Shown: one piece after another, positions 24,701 through 36,770 of the stretch
How positions within the stretch are numbered: the stretch's first letter is position 1
Layout: each line of letters starts with the position of its first letter
NCBI RefSeq assembly: GCF_006345805.1
Contig: NC_042998.1
Location: 97,340,001 to 97,404,000 of the forward strand
Direction: 5' to 3'
From: Octopus sinensis
Taxonomy: Eukaryota
DNA: 64,000 nucleotides
Made by a program: the position numbers and the translations under genes
Notes under the pieces: model-generated
What the model saw: only the letters and a program-made list of their open reading frames with translations
Told to the model about the DNA's origin: nothing
The model's database searches: none

Positions 24701-25307
24701 CACATGGCACTTTGTGCACTTGTACAGTTAATGTTAATTTGGTGGAGGGCGGGGGGAGCTTATGTGGATGCAAACATTTGATCACTATAAATAAATCATC
24801 TGTGAGGTTGTGCAGCAAGAAATTACACAACCCTCATATATAGTCTAATGACAGGAGACTCTATGATATATATATACACAATGGGGTTCCAAACAGTTTC
24901 CATCTACTAAATTCACTCACAAAACATTGGTCAACCTGGGACTATAGTAATGACACAAGCCCAAGGTACCATGCTGTGAAATTGAACCTAAAATCATGTG
25001 GTCACAAAGTGAGTGACTTAATTGCACAGCCATGTTTGGTGAATTATTATTATTAAAAAGCAGGAAGAAAGAAATCACAAGGTTATTACTTGAAATACTC
25101 TGAGTTTGCAATTCTTCTCCCATCCTTAGACCATTCAACGTGATAAGGAACAAGACTTTTTATCTCACATACTAAAGTTGCAGATTTGCCATGAAGCAGT
25201 TTGGTTGTAAGGGGCATCAAAACTGAGGGTGCAACTGGAGCTTGAGCACTGACGGCTGTAGGTGTTATTCTTTGAAATCTGTATCCCATGTCATCGGTTC
25301 CAGTAAC
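2762..25307 (-). CDS. HMCN1: Hemicentin (HMCN1/him-4-like), partial multi-exon model: 10 internal exons, 566 codons, end of the N-terminal region plus six I-set Ig domains
   Basis: Ten AG/GT(GC)-bounded exons join in frame (218+122+187+92+267+125+145+183+96+264 = 1699 nt). Junction peptides follow hemicentin-1 in order, recalled from memory: VTGTDDMGYRFQRI (VTGYDKDDYLFQRV), LDISEPAP (FDVSEPPP), LRYIEAPR (LRYIEAPK), LQVGSKPTF (LDVGSPPVF), LTITGIVKPVI (VTVTGLVAPLI). The gene runs off the left edge and its 5' exons were not found. Confidence 0.93.
3159..3380. mobile_element. piggyBac-type MITE (TTAA TSD, CCCTTT...AAAGGG)
   Basis: TTAA at 3155-3158 and 3381-3384; inverted homologue at 4169-4388. 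Confidence 0.85.
4169..4388. mobile_element. piggyBac-type MITE, inverted relative to 3159-3380
   Basis: TTAA at 4165-4168 and 4389-4392; reverse-complement similarity over the full length. Confidence 0.85.
4905..5000 (-). CDS. HMCN1: Hemicentin exon (phase 1-1): AIVEDQGMYTCSAQNQFGLAESSASLTITGI, with an apparent GC donor
   Basis: ttcttag acceptor; the reading continues in frame into the next exon only if the donor is G|gcaagc. Confidence 0.88.
6355..6700. repeat. Imperfect fold-back element (~160-bp arms, ~17-nt loop)
   Basis: 6355-6518 versus 6536-6700, mostly transition mismatches. Confidence 0.85.
7134..7316 (-). CDS. HMCN1: Hemicentin exon (phase 1-1): KPTFTQRPIDMTAEIEKNVSIPCEATGLPKPTILW...SIFII
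   Basis: cttgtag acceptor, gtatga donor. Confidence 0.94.
7796..8013. mobile_element. piggyBac-type MITE, second family (CCCTTTAGCAT...ATGCTAAAGGG)
   Basis: TTAA flanks; opposite-orientation homologues at 15236-15449 and about 23908-24121. Confidence 0.85.
8056..8200 (-). CDS. HMCN1: Hemicentin exon (phase 0-1): LEGLPYININENGELNI...DAGNYTCVAINEAG...LQVG
   Basis: attttag acceptor, gtaagt donor. Confidence 0.94.
8900..9024 (-). CDS. HMCN1: Hemicentin exon (phase 1-0): EAPRIVWSNKRLLVASGDSSTMSCKAEGIPKPEIKWFRGNTK; absent from the supplied ORF track
   Basis: cttttag acceptor, gtacag donor, CxAxGxPxPxIxW motif. Confidence 0.93.
12286..12552 (-). CDS. HMCN1: Hemicentin exon (phase 1-1): complete Ig domain DTPKATVIP...VTLRYI
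   Basis: tgacag acceptor, gtaaaa donor, C...W...DAGHYEC. Confidence 0.95.
14926..15017 (-). CDS. HMCN1: Hemicentin exon (phase 2-1): NIDQNDEGIYTCEAQNEGGISRNNTYLRIQ; absent from the supplied ORF track
   Basis: ttaatag acceptor, gtaagc donor, DEGIYTC motif; phases match both neighbouring exons. Confidence 0.92.
15236..15449. mobile_element. piggyBac-type MITE, second family
   Basis: TTAA|CCCTTTAG...GCTAAAGGG|TTAA. Confidence 0.82.
16023..16209 (-). CDS. HMCN1: Hemicentin exon (phase 1-2): EPAPTVIVNANMSAKRG...NGTLLIR
   Basis: poly-T accag acceptor, gtatca donor, Ig Cys and Trp. Confidence 0.92.
16688..16921 (+). mobile_element. SINE family B, CpG-decayed intronic copy
   Basis: Colinear with 61758-61995, including the subfamily tail. 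Confidence 0.85.
17370..18120 (-). mobile_element. RTE-clade LINE 3' remnant (ORF end plus 3' UTR)
   Basis: ORF 17644-18015: LERNEASMIRWMCNVS...CGRGRPRKTWNEVVKHDLQTLGL. Confidence 0.85.
19260..19760 (+). repeat. RTE 3'-UTR-derived repeat with five ~66-bp tandem units and a (GAT)n tail. Related copies at about 2490-2710, 5846-6265, 9730-10045, 18130-18480, 28270-28565, 32140-32570, 37435-37860 and 41500-41765
   Basis: GTGCCAGTGG at 19302, 19367, 19433, 19499 (variant), 19565 (variant); shared GGAAGGGCATCCAGCTGTAGAAAC block; continuous with RTE ORF ends at 17630 and 34750. Confidence 0.8.
20867..20926 (-). ncRNA. Mirror copy of the hammerhead-like motif, in sense with hemicentin pre-mRNA
   Basis: Exact reverse complement of 21155-21214, in the left arm of the palindrome. 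Confidence 0.55.
21155..21214 (+). ncRNA. Hammerhead-like motif (C3 to U variant), right arm of the 630-bp palindrome
   Basis: Stem I ATTCAA/TTGAAT; TTGATGA; stem II CGGT/ACCA (C-A mismatch); GAAAT-CC-TT-GG-ATC. Confidence 0.55.
22896..23017 (-). CDS. HMCN1: Hemicentin exon (phase 2-1): YSGNITFQIPKAEQNNEGTYSCKAENVAG...LDIS
   Basis: aaacag acceptor, gtatgt donor, Ig D/ExGxYxC motif. Confidence 0.92.
23330..23850 (-). mobile_element. RTE-clade LINE remnant
   Basis: Hand translation with stops includes SRPRMRWLDNIH. Confidence 0.65.
23908..24121. mobile_element. piggyBac-type MITE, second family, decayed ends
   Basis: Colinear with 15236-15449. Confidence 0.7.
24560..24830 (+). mobile_element. 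tRNA-head SINE, family D; second copy at about 17040-17270
   Basis: GGCTTAGTGG...GGTTTCAATTC...TTGAGCAAAACACTTCATTTC shared by both copies. Confidence 0.7.
25090..25307 (-). CDS. HMCN1: Hemicentin exon (phase 0-2): VTGTDDMGYRFQRITPT...first half of Ig1
   Basis: tttcag acceptor, open frame to EYF-AA, gtaata donor. Confidence 0.9.
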
Positions 25308-25649
25308 CTGAAATATTCAAAGAGAAAAAATATTTTTTACAATAATCTTATTTAGATTACAAAATGCTTTTGATAAGTGACAGAGATATAAATGATTTGA
25401 AAGTATCAATAATATTGTCAATTGATTTTGTTGGGAGATGAAACTCCAAGTTAGAATTCTTGAAAATGTGTGGTGTGTAAATGTTTGCTGCTAGTAGTAG
25501 TAGTAGTAAGAAATGGTAAAATGGAAATGACTTATTAGTGTTTGTATATGAATATTTGTCATAGGTGGTGTATATATCATCAACCACCCTCATCATCATC
25601 ACTGTCATCTTCATCATCTTGATTATCATTTTATATCCATCTTCCCATG

Positions 25650-26270
25650 CATGCATGAATTAGATATATGTCTCCAGTACAGTGTTTTGCCACTTGGTGC
25701 AGTCCCTTTGTCATTTCATTCATGAAGTTCAACACTAATGAGACTCCCTTCACTACCCTCACATCTTCCTTGAACCTTATTTGCTGCTGGTTTCTTCTGC
25801 TCAAATCACTTGGCATTCCTTTACCCAACTCTGTTCTGCTTTACATATCACATATCTGTATCAGTGCAGTTTTTTCCCACTGGCATACAGCAGCTGATTT
25901 GTCTTGTATTCAGTTTTTTTTTCAGCTCGTTTGTGTTCTGTCATGCATGCACACTCACATTACACATCCAACAGAGCATGCTCACCACATTTCTCATTTG
26001 TTTTTCAGCCTTCATATATTCCCTTTCTTCGGTGCTCATATTTTGTTATTATGCAACTCTGCACTTCATGTGTAAGCATTGTACAATCTATACTTCACTA
26101 AGAGAGAAACCCCTTTTTCTGCCAGTGGAAGTAATAACTCCTTGGATTATTTCCATCCTCTTCTCTACTGAATAAGTGATATATGCAACACTTCCAGGAA
26201 TCTTCATGGGCATTTAAAAGAATCATTTTACGGATGCTTTCTCTGTGAACTGCCACTGTGCATTTGTTTG
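25650..26270 (-). mobile_element. Highly decayed RTE-clade LINE remnant
   Basis: Colinear with 17644-18015 (LYNAYT*SAELHN..., CSVGCVM*V). Confidence 0.55.
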
Positions 26271-26558
26271 ATATGAAGTATTTTATTTCTATTACTTTGT
26301 CTCTGATCCCATTGCATCTCTTATAGAGCTATAGTTTACATTAAGTACTTCATCATCATCATTATTTTAACATCTACTTTTTCATGCTTGCATATTTGTC
26401 AGATGGAATTTGTTAAGGCAGATTTTATAACAGCACCCCTCTTGTTCCCAACACTCAGAAGATTGGAGGCAAAGGACACTGTTTGCATGACAGTGGCACT
26501 AATTTCACAACTAACATACAATGACAAGGTAAGGAAACAGTAATACACATGCACGCAG

Positions 26559-26598
<40 letters not shown>

Positions 26599-29240
26599 GC
26601 TTCTTTTCAGCTTCCATCAACCAAATCCACTCATTAGGCTTTGATCAGCCAAGGGCTACAGTAGAAGACATTTACCCATATGTCTCACTGTGTGACTGAA
26701 CCTGAAATCATGAGGTTGGGAAGCAAATTTCTTACAACCCAACCATGCCTATGCCTCTAGAATAAAATTCCTACCACCATATTTTCTGCATATTTAGTTG
26801 GGTCATCTTTCTCACTCAACAAAGACTTTTGTCTGTGAGAGGTTTACTTTTTGAACTCTTGATTCTAAACTGTGCAATCATGTTTGAAATTTTTTTTCTG
26901 AAATTCAGCCAAAGATTTATTGTTAAACAACAATAACAACTGAAGATGTGTGCTCATAACAGAGAGAAGACAGTTGGCTCAGATCAACAGAAAGTCAGTT
27001 TGCATAATTTTACTGAAGCGTTCTACAATAAAACAATAATGAATCAAATTGTAAAATATGAAAAACAGACATAAGTGAATTTGCTAAATGAAATTTGGTT
27101 TTTAATGTTGTAATAATCCTTAATTTTAGTGATATTACATTTCCAACTAAGATTTTATTCCAGAGGGTTAATTAATATAGGTATATAGTTTATAAATATT
27201 TTATATAGGAACTAGTTAGTAATATAAAAATATTCACTTTTGGAGTCAGAACATAATTTATAAGAATGTTAATTGTTTTTCTTAATAGATTTAAGATATT
27301 TATCAAACATAGCCTAACATTTTATTGTCAAAATGTAATGGTAATACTGATAATGATGTCAGTATTGGCGTCCCTCACATTATGAAAACATTGCATTCCT
27401 GAAAATTTTGCTGTAAAATGGGACTTCTGGAATTCTAGAACTGTAGAATTGAAAATCTTGCAGTAATGTAGAATACAATAAACTTACTTACATATTGATG
27501 TAATGCAGAAACCAGAGAAAAAAGTCTCAGAAATATAATGCTTTAATAGCATGTAGAATATCTGTTGAATTTTGATTTTAACATCATTAAAGGCAAATTA
27601 AAGGAAAATATTCAGTGTAACCTTCTACTAAAGTAAAATCAAGAATATCCTATTTCTACAATTATTTAAATGATAAGAAATTGACTTGTAATTTTTACTT
27701 TCCACAGAAAAAAATCTTAAAAAAACTTAGGAAATATTTGTTATTTTGATGTTACTTTATTCATATCTTAGAAAGATGGATAATGATATCAGCTACGATA
27801 TTTAGAGGACAGATACAATGAATATTGGTTTCAAATTTTGGCACAGGACCAGTAATTTTGGGGTAGTGGGTAAGGTGATTACATTGACCCAAATGATCAA
27901 CTGGTACTGATTTCACCAACCCTGAAAGGATGAAAGGCAAACTCAATCCCACTGGCATTTGAACTCAAGATGGAAAGTAAAAAAAAAATGCCACTAAGCA
28001 TTTTTCCTGGCACAGAAATGATTCTGGCAACTTGTAGTGAATATTAATAATACAGCAAATATTAAAAATATCTAAATTCTTGCATATGTAATAAACAGCT
28101 CAGGCTTTATTTTTATAATTTTGTATCTTCTGTTGGTAGATACCTGAAATAGATATTATTAAAAAAACAAAACAAAAAGGAAATCCAATAGAAGTTGAAT
28201 TGGAAATTGAAGTGAAAATGTTGTTTTGTGCAACTATAGGCTAATTTCAATTTTATCTAATAATAAGCTCCTTTCGAGTGTTGTGCCTCACAGAGGCAAT
28301 GACCGAGATCTTTGGCATTATGTCGTGCTTGAGAAGAAAACCCATCAAGCCAAGCAAAATTGCAGTCGTGAAAGATACCAGTGTCATGCAAATGGCACCT
28401 CTGCTGGTGGCACGTAAAAGCACCCATTACACTTTCAGAGTGGTTAGTGTTAGGAATGAAATCCAGCCATAGAAACCGTGCCAAATTAGACTTGAGCTTG
28501 GTGCAGCCTTTCAGCTTGCCAACCCATACCAGCATGGACAATGGACGTTAAATGATGATGATGATTTATTTATTTGATAAGCACAATGAAAGGTTTCCTG
28601 AATGTTACTTACATCAATAGTAAAATAATAATTTAGAATACAAGATATTATTTTAATAGAATTAACAATACTGTGAAAATTAATCTAGTACATTCTCCTG
28701 TCAGAGTATTTGATCTTGGGCCTATAGACTAGACACTGTAACTAACATGTTAACTCCTTTAACTGAGCTGTTCTCTCTTTCGCTTTCTCACTGTCTTTTT
28801 TCTATGGTGTGTGGCATGAAAGGATTAGTAGTAGAAGTAATTAACCTTAACAATGGGGGATGTTCGTGAAATATGATGGTTTTGGAGATTACAGTTACAA
28901 AGTGACTGAGTCAGTGACCAGGTCAAAGTCGGACAACAAAAATCTCAACACGTTACAAAATAATACATTCAAAGTAAATTCAACTATTTTATGTGCTTCT
29001 TAATTTACTAGAATGGCTCTTCCATGATGTAATTGTTTCAGCACAGTCTCAGATCATGTCACTTGGTAGACAAGTAGAACTTCAGAATTAATTTCTATAA
29101 TTGAGTATAAATACTTAAGAAGCAACTACAATAAAATAAATGTTAAAATAATACCCTTCGTTAGCCTAGCTGTAAATAATATCAGAAACATATTAAGATA
29201 ATATATTCAGAAATATATTAAGATAATATATCCAGTTTTA

Positions 29241-29624
29241 GGAGTAGCTGTGTGGTAAGTAACTTGCTTACCAACCACATGGTTCAGGGTTCAGTCCCAC
29301 TATGTGGCACCTTGGGCAAGTGTCTTCTGCTATAGCCTTGGGCTGACCAAAGCCTTGTGAGAGGATTTGGTAGACAGAAACTAAAAGAAGCCCATCGAAT
29401 ATATATGTATATGTAGATGCTTGTGGGTCTGTGTTTGTCCACCCATCATTGCTTGACAACTGATGTTGAAGTGTTTATGTACCCATAACTTAGCAGTTCG
29501 ACCAACTAGACTGATAGAACAAGTACTAGGTTTATAAAGAATAAGTCCTGGGGGTTGATTCATTTGACTATAAGCGGTGCTCCAGCATGGCTTCAGTCAA
29601 ATGACTGAAACCTGTAAAAGAATA
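29241..29624 (+). mobile_element. tRNA-derived SINE, family A (CORE-like CCTTGGGCAAGTG). Other copies at about 230-420, 1270-1410, 13570-13720, 14000-14430, 22160-22537, 24290-24500, 24880-25030, 26600-26750 and 43160-43865 (split)
   Basis: GTGTGGTAAG...GGTTCAGTCCCACT head, CORE-like block, internal microsatellite, GACTGAAAC...AAAGAATA tail. Confidence 0.85.
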
Positions 29625-30181
29625 CACTCATAAAGAATGATCGAGGTGAGTATTATGCTTTATGTCATTGTTTTCTTGAAGAATTATTTTGATAAACATC
29701 CAGGCAGATGTGTTAGTAGGCTGAAAAAATACTTTGTGGCATTTCTTCTGTTTTTACATTGTGAGTTAAAATTCCTCAACATCAACTTTGCCTTTCATCA
29801 ATTCAGGAGTGATAAGTACCAGTTGAACACTGAGGTCAGTGTTATCAACTTCCCACTTTTCAGGCCTTGTGCCAATAGCAGAAAGAATTATTTTGACAAA
29901 TGCCATTTTTAAATACAAGCAGGTAAAAATACATTTCAGCTCTGATATGTTATATCACAGAGATGCATTCTGTCTAGCAGAGCTTTTGCAAATCTTGGTG
30001 CAGGCTAGATTTGATTATCTAACAAAGTGACTTGCTGCATACCTAACTAACAACATACGCCTCTATCCTCTTCACTGCACAATTTTAGCATGCTGTTTTA
30101 TTTTTCTTTAATCCATTTCCCATGCTTGTTCAGTTATTCAGACATATATGTATATATACACATTGTCTTCAGTTATTCAGA

Positions 30182-30227
<46 letters not shown>

Positions 30228-30232
30228 TATAT

Positions 30233-30274
<42 letters not shown>

Positions 30275-30384
30275 GCCTCTCTCACTCTCTCTCTCTCTCT
30301 CTGCACACACACATACATACATATGTGTGTGTGTGTTTGTGTGCACATATGCATACATAGTTCAGTTATACACACACACATATG

Positions 30385-30425
<41 letters not shown>

Positions 30426-32575
30426 GTGTGTGTGTGTGTGTGTGCGTGCGTGTGCACACACACACACATTTAGATTTCAGTTATTCAAATTTATATGCAC
30501 ACAGACTCACATACATATATCTACATATACACAGATAGATACATACATAAATGGAAATTTTCCTGAAACATTTGCATTTTTTCCAGGAACTCCGAGGAAG
30601 ATGAAGGCTTTATGCAATACATTTCCTGTATATCAACTCAGTGGAATTCATCCACCTCTAAACTACAGCCATAGTAGGATTTGAACTCAGTAGTGCAAGT
30701 ATACAAAGAACACTAAAAAAAAAATATTTATGAGATTCGTTTGGCTTAGAGAAGTAAACTTCAGTTACAAAAGTAACCATTTATGGTGAAATGGATGAAT
30801 ATATTAAGAACTGACCAAAACTTTATCATAGCTGCAGTAGGGAGCTGAGATGATGTATAAATTTCTTATAAATACACACAAACACACACATAGATATAAT
30901 GTGCTGGTGTATCCAAGGCAACATGGTTAGAGTATAAGGGTATAGTAAAACAACAGGGAAATACCATTAGCAGCAGAGGTTAGGAAGGTAGAAGGGAAGA
31001 GTTAAATAAATAAATATAAATAAATAAATACACATGCATATAATGCATATGCATATAAATTTCCAGGATTCAAGACAATCAGGTACTTAAATAGTGAAAG
31101 CACCAAGGTCAGGTTGGTGACAGTGTTATTGTGTACAAACAACATTTAAGGACAAATAAATGTGTATGTGCTTACTAAAGTGGACATGGATTTGTATCCC
31201 TGTTGTTTGTACAATCACAAATGGCCAACTGAATACATGAGTCATCAAGGTCACACATGGGTATACTCTCACTGCACCTATCGCACCACACTCAATAGAC
31301 TCGAGATCCAAACAAATTGCAGGTTCTGAGTTAGAGGAGGGATAAACAAATAACAACAGATGGATTGTGGTTCAGTGCAGTTGTTTCAAATGTGTTTTTT
31401 TTTTTTTGATGAACAGAAGTGTTACATTATGCAAACAAACAGTTTTCGCCAGGTGAATACAGGTATGAATTAAATATTTTGAATGTCTCAAGAACAAAGT
31501 GACATTTGACTCTACCGACCCAAATTTGGTCAGAGAGTCAAAATATTTAATTCTCACTTGTATTCCCTTCTGTTCATCAATAAAAGACATATCTGAAACA
31601 TCTGTTGTGAACCACAATCCATATGTTATTTTTCATGTGTGATTGTGTGTGTGCATGCACACATATGCACACACATATCCTTGTGTGTGTGTTTGTGTGT
31701 GCATTTGTGTGTATGTGTGTGCACAGATGTGTGAATGCACACCAATGCACACACATAAACTCACATAAATACAGACACACACACATAGATATACGTAAGC
31801 ACATGTACACATACATATATGCATATATGCTTGCACATTTACCACCCCTTCCTACTTTCCTTCCAACTAGGTGACCTGTACACCATGTGGTCGATTACCT
31901 GTTCATCATGTGGCATTTTCCAAATAATTGTCACTGAAATACTAACATGAAACTGTGACACCTTGTCACCTTTCTTGACCAATAACAGACTAATGTCCAG
32001 TAATTAACAGTGACTTTTTCCTGTCGACATCTCATTCTAATTCCAATGGCTAAAGACGATCATCATACTTGAAACTTGGAGTACCAAGGAATTTGAATCA
32101 AACTGTTTGATCCACACATGTAACTCCCAATAAATGTGTTATTCGTGGCCAATACCAGTGCCGCCCAACTGGCACCTGTGCATGTAAAACGCACCATTCG
32201 AGCATGGTCGGTGCCAGTGCCACCTAACAGGCTCTCATTCCAGTGGCCCTTAAAAAGCACCATTCGAGCATGGTTGGTGCCAGTGCCGCCCCAACTGGCT
32301 CCCATGCTGGTGACATGTAAAAAGTACCATTTGAGCATGGTCAATGCCAGAGCTGCCTGACTGGTCCCCATGCCAGTGGCACATAAAAAGCGTACCCACT
32401 ACATACACTTATGGAGTGGTTGGCATTAGGAAGGGCATCCAGCTGTAGAAACCTTGCCAGATCAGAATGGAGCCTGGTGCAACCTCCTGGCTTACCAGAC
32501 TTCAGTCAAACCATCCAACCCATACCAACATGGGAAGTGGATGGTAAACGATGATAATGATGATTATGATGATAT

Positions 32576-32760
<185 letters not shown>

Positions 32761-33164
32761 ATACACACATATACATACACGCATACATGTATATAAAATA
32801 TACATGCATATATATATGTGTATGTGTATGTGTGTGAAGAGAGAGAAAGCAGATTTAGATATATGGGTGAACACTACAAAATAGCACTAAAATCCATATA
32901 AAATTTTCAACACTGATGGAAAACATTAGAAGCTATTTTTATACCAAAAATGTATGAGCCACAAGCCAGATGCACAGCTGAAGCCTTACAAAAACAACAG
33001 CCTCAGGCATTGGATGTCACTGTTTAGAAAGCCTAACAATGTCATGTTATGCTTATGGCTGGTGCTATTGTAAAGTTTCATATGTATGTACAAGAACTCA
33101 CCTCTGTAGCTACCCAAATAATGTATATATGTATATATTCAGCCACATGCATGTGTTCATACAT

Positions 33165-33197
<33 letters not shown>

Positions 33198-33387
33198 CAT
33201 ACAAACATCTGTAATCATACACGTATATTCACTTTTAGGTGAATATATTGAGGCATCACAAAATGATATATATATATATATATATAATTAATCAATATAG
33301 GGTGGCAAAAAATTTTGTAGAATTTTTTTGCCACCAGCGGCCTAGTGGGAAAAAATTAAATAGTCATAGACCATTTATAAGTTCAAC

Positions 33388-33821
33388 ATCAACAATCAAG
33401 GAACGGCCATAATAGGCCATTCACCCACTAGAAATAACAGCCAAAGCTTCAACCGCAAAATAACATTAATTCCGCAAACCAGGAGAAAATTAAAAAACAT
33501 TTACCCTGTAATTTCTTATACGATGCACCGTTTCATCTACTGTTTAATGGTAAACTAACCTGATTAAATTAAATCAAGCCAATCTTCCATAGGCCCTTAC
33601 TGACGAATCTAAGGGCCTATGGAAGATTGGCTTGATTTAATTTAATCAGGTTAGTTTACCATTAAACAGTAGATGAAACGGTGCATCGTATAAGAAATTA
33701 CAGGGTAAATGTTTCTTAATTTTCTCCTGGTTTGCGGAATTAATGTTATTTTGCGGTTGAAGCTTTGGCTGTTATTTCTAGTGGGTGAATGGCCTATTAT
33801 GGCCGTTCCTTGATTGTTGAT
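33388..33821. repeat. 434-bp palindrome (212-bp arms, one mismatch seen, 10-nt spacer CTGACGAATC) in a (TA)n tract
   Basis: Arms 33388-33599 and 33610-33821. Confidence 0.97.
33596..33694 (+). ncRNA. Type I hammerhead ribozyme motif with intact catalytic core (PLE-type, short stem III)
   Basis: Stem I CTTA/TAAG; CTGACGA (33600-33606); stem II ATCTA/TAGAT closing a 58-nt loop; GAAAC (33675-33679); stem III ACG-GTGCAT-CGT; GTA cleavage triplet (33688-33690). Confidence 0.8.
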
Positions 33822-33822
33822 T

Positions 33823-33859
<37 letters not shown>

Positions 33860-34429
33860 GAACAAAAGAAAATGGAGAATTATGGATGTATAATTAATTT
33901 ATTTGTATGATATTATGAGGTTGAAATTTTTTAATGAAAAACAATACAAAGGAATTTTAAATTATAAAGCTCAAAAAAAGAGACTTTCTCCTAATATGAT
34001 ATATATATGTATATATATATATAATATATATTTGAAAAAAATGGATATGGCTTTTTCTGATAATTTTTCCACTTTAATAATTAGACGCATATAAGTTAAA
34101 AGGAAGCAATTTCTATTCATGTTTTTCAAATATATAATACGGTACCAAGGACTTTCTATTTCTCATTCTACTATACACGCACACAGACACACACACACAC
34201 ATACACATACATACACACACACATACACACATATTCATTATGTGCAACAGAAGCAGTATTAGATTAAAATAGCCATCTATGTATCATATTAAAGGCATAT
34301 AAATCACAAAGAGGCAAATTAACTGTGGTATTCGTCAAGAGATAATATTCTTTATAGACATACCATGTTTTAAAACACAAATATATCATAAGCAGATGAA
34401 AATCATCCAACAGGATGGTGAGAATGCTA

Positions 34430-35008
34430 GATGCACATTTCTGCTGGCTTCTAACAGAAACCTAGCTCATTCAGGCTCAGATTACTGAAACAGAAGTTGG
34501 GAATAAGAGGAATTAGGTGCAGTGTGCAAGACAGAAGACTATGTTGGCTTGGTCATGTGATGTCGATGGATGCTGACAGCTCCATAAAGACATGCTGATT
34601 TCTCAATTTTGATAGAACTTGTGGAAGAGAGAGACCCAGGAAGACAGGGGAGGAAATACTTAAGGTTGACCTCAGGATGCTGAACCTTTTAGATGACAAA
34701 GAACCAAGATACGTGGTGCCTTGCTGTATTCATGAAGATCTGTCCTCCACTGCAGAAGTATTTAGGCCATTTTCTCTAGTGAAGAGGACTGGTCTACAAG
34801 AGCCCTCATAAAAAACATTCATGCCAGCATCACATAGAAGCACTTGTACTGGCACAATGTTAAAGCATCCATCACCCACTATAAAGTGGTTGGCATTAGG
34901 AAGGGTGCTTAACTGAAGAAACCAAGCCAAATCAGACTGGAACTTGGTGCAGCTCTTCTGCTTGCCAGGTCTGGTTAAACCTATGCCAGCATGGAAAATG
35001 AACATTAA

Positions 35009-35043
<35 letters not shown>

Positions 35044-35045
35044 GA
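34430..35045 (+). mobile_element. RTE-clade LINE 3' end with 3' UTR and (GAT)n tail
   Basis: GHVMSMD...CGRERPRKT, then the UTR shared with other copies, then (GAT)n. Confidence 0.7.
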
Positions 35046-35082
35046 TGAATGATGATAATATACATATATATATAAATAAATA

Positions 35083-35148
<66 letters not shown>

Positions 35149-35420
35149 CATACATACACATGCATAAATGGGTACAGGATGTCACCAACAGTGGAAGTAA
35201 CATACACACAAGAAATAGATACAAGATGTGGACAGTAATTACAGGACAAAACGAGTGAAATACGTAAACAACGAGAAAAAATGGAAAACTGGACAAATTA
35301 ACACAGGAAAAGGTCCCTTCATCAGTTATCACCTGTCTATCTACTCCTCATTTCGAGCATTCAAACGACAATATGAGTCTTCAAAGACAGTAGCAATATA
35401 TATACATAGTAAATTTGGTA

Positions 35421-35605
35421 AAAAAAGAGTACAGTTAACTTGGTATGGGAAGTGGAAAAGCCACTATTTTGGACAGAATTCTTCTTCAGGGAAAAGAAAC
35501 AATTAAATTTAATTTCACTCCCGTCAACTTCGCTCTGAAGAAGGACTCTGTATGAAATGTGAGATTTTCCTACTCCCCATGGCAAATTCACTGTACTCCT
35601 TTTGT
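35421..35605. repeat. Old imperfect fold-back, ~185 bp
   Basis: AAAAGAGTACAGTTAAC.../...CACTGTACTCCTTTT and inner ACAGAATTCTTCTTCAG/CTGAAGAAGGACTCTGT. Confidence 0.6.
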
Positions 35606-35990
35606 TGATTTTACTAAAAAATACAAATTTTACAGACACAGACCAATGCCAGTCTCTTTGGCGTCCGTTTGATTATACACATACATAGACACATACATAT
35701 ATACATAAATGTAAAGTGCCAAAATACTCATTAGGCTTAAAAATAAGCTGGGTTATCCCTGAAGATTTCTCTTCAATGATGGTAAGTCATTTTGGAAGAG
35801 ACAATCAACCTCCAACTTATTTTACTTCTGTCGGAAGTTAAAAGAAGATAGAGTGATGCGAAACGACTCAAATGAGAATCAAGTCATTGTTGAAAAGCTG
35901 GGACCTTTCTGACACTCTGCTGTAAATACACACACAACTATACAAATATATATATATATATATGTATATATATGTATGTATATATATATA

Positions 35991-36062
<72 letters not shown>

Positions 36063-36404
36063 ATATATATGTATATGAATATACACACACACACACACAC
36101 ACACACTCATATAATTCATATTTGCATGATGTTGGTGTTATTGGGTTAATGCATGCCTCTTTTGTTGATAAGAGCCTACATCTAAATAAACCTAACTGTG
36201 GGGTACCTTTGATATCAGAATGATATTATAACAACGATGTATGATAAAGAAAATGATAAAGAACAAACAGAAGATCAAATATATAAATGTACATGTAATC
36301 CAGTTTACTTTTTTGCTGATTCAACTTCAAACAGATGGTTTAGTTTTTAAAAAATCTAATTCTAACAACTCCCAAAATTATAAATTCTCTCTCTCTCTCT
36401 CTCA

Positions 36405-36499
<95 letters not shown>

Positions 36500-36524
36500 C
36501 TTACCTACCTATCTACATCCTTAT

Positions 36525-36739
36525 CCTTTTATCCTTTTATTTGTTTCAGTCATATGACTGCGGCTATGCGAGACTAATGCCTTTTTAGTTGACAATTAGA
36601 TCCCAGGGCTTATTCTTTGTAAGCCTAGTATTTATTCTATTGGTCTCCTTTGCCGAACTGTGAAGTTATGAAGATGTAACCACACCAGCATCGGTTGTCA
36701 AGCGATGTTGGGGTGACAAACACAGACACACAAACATAT

Positions 36740-36770
<31 letters not shown>

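Noticed and set aside
27395-27455. Minus-strand peptide IPEVPFYSKI resembling the residues expected upstream of VTG
   Set aside because: No GT or GC donor at the required position, and a stop follows
28060-28150. Strong minus-strand acceptor as a candidate hemicentin exon
   Set aside because: All three frames stop before any donor
29241-29330. tRNA-like heads as tRNA genes
   Set aside because: They continue into SINE bodies and no cloverleaf is recoverable
31505-31551. Small hairpin TTTGACTCT...AGAGTCAAA as a pre-miRNA
   Set aside because: Only about 45 nt with internal bulges; too short
35290-35360. Minus-strand GAAAT...CTGATGA as a type II hammerhead
   Set aside because: Stems II and III do not pair
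35759-35890. CTGAAGA and a distant GAAAC...GTC
   Set aside because: No stem I, II or III complementarity
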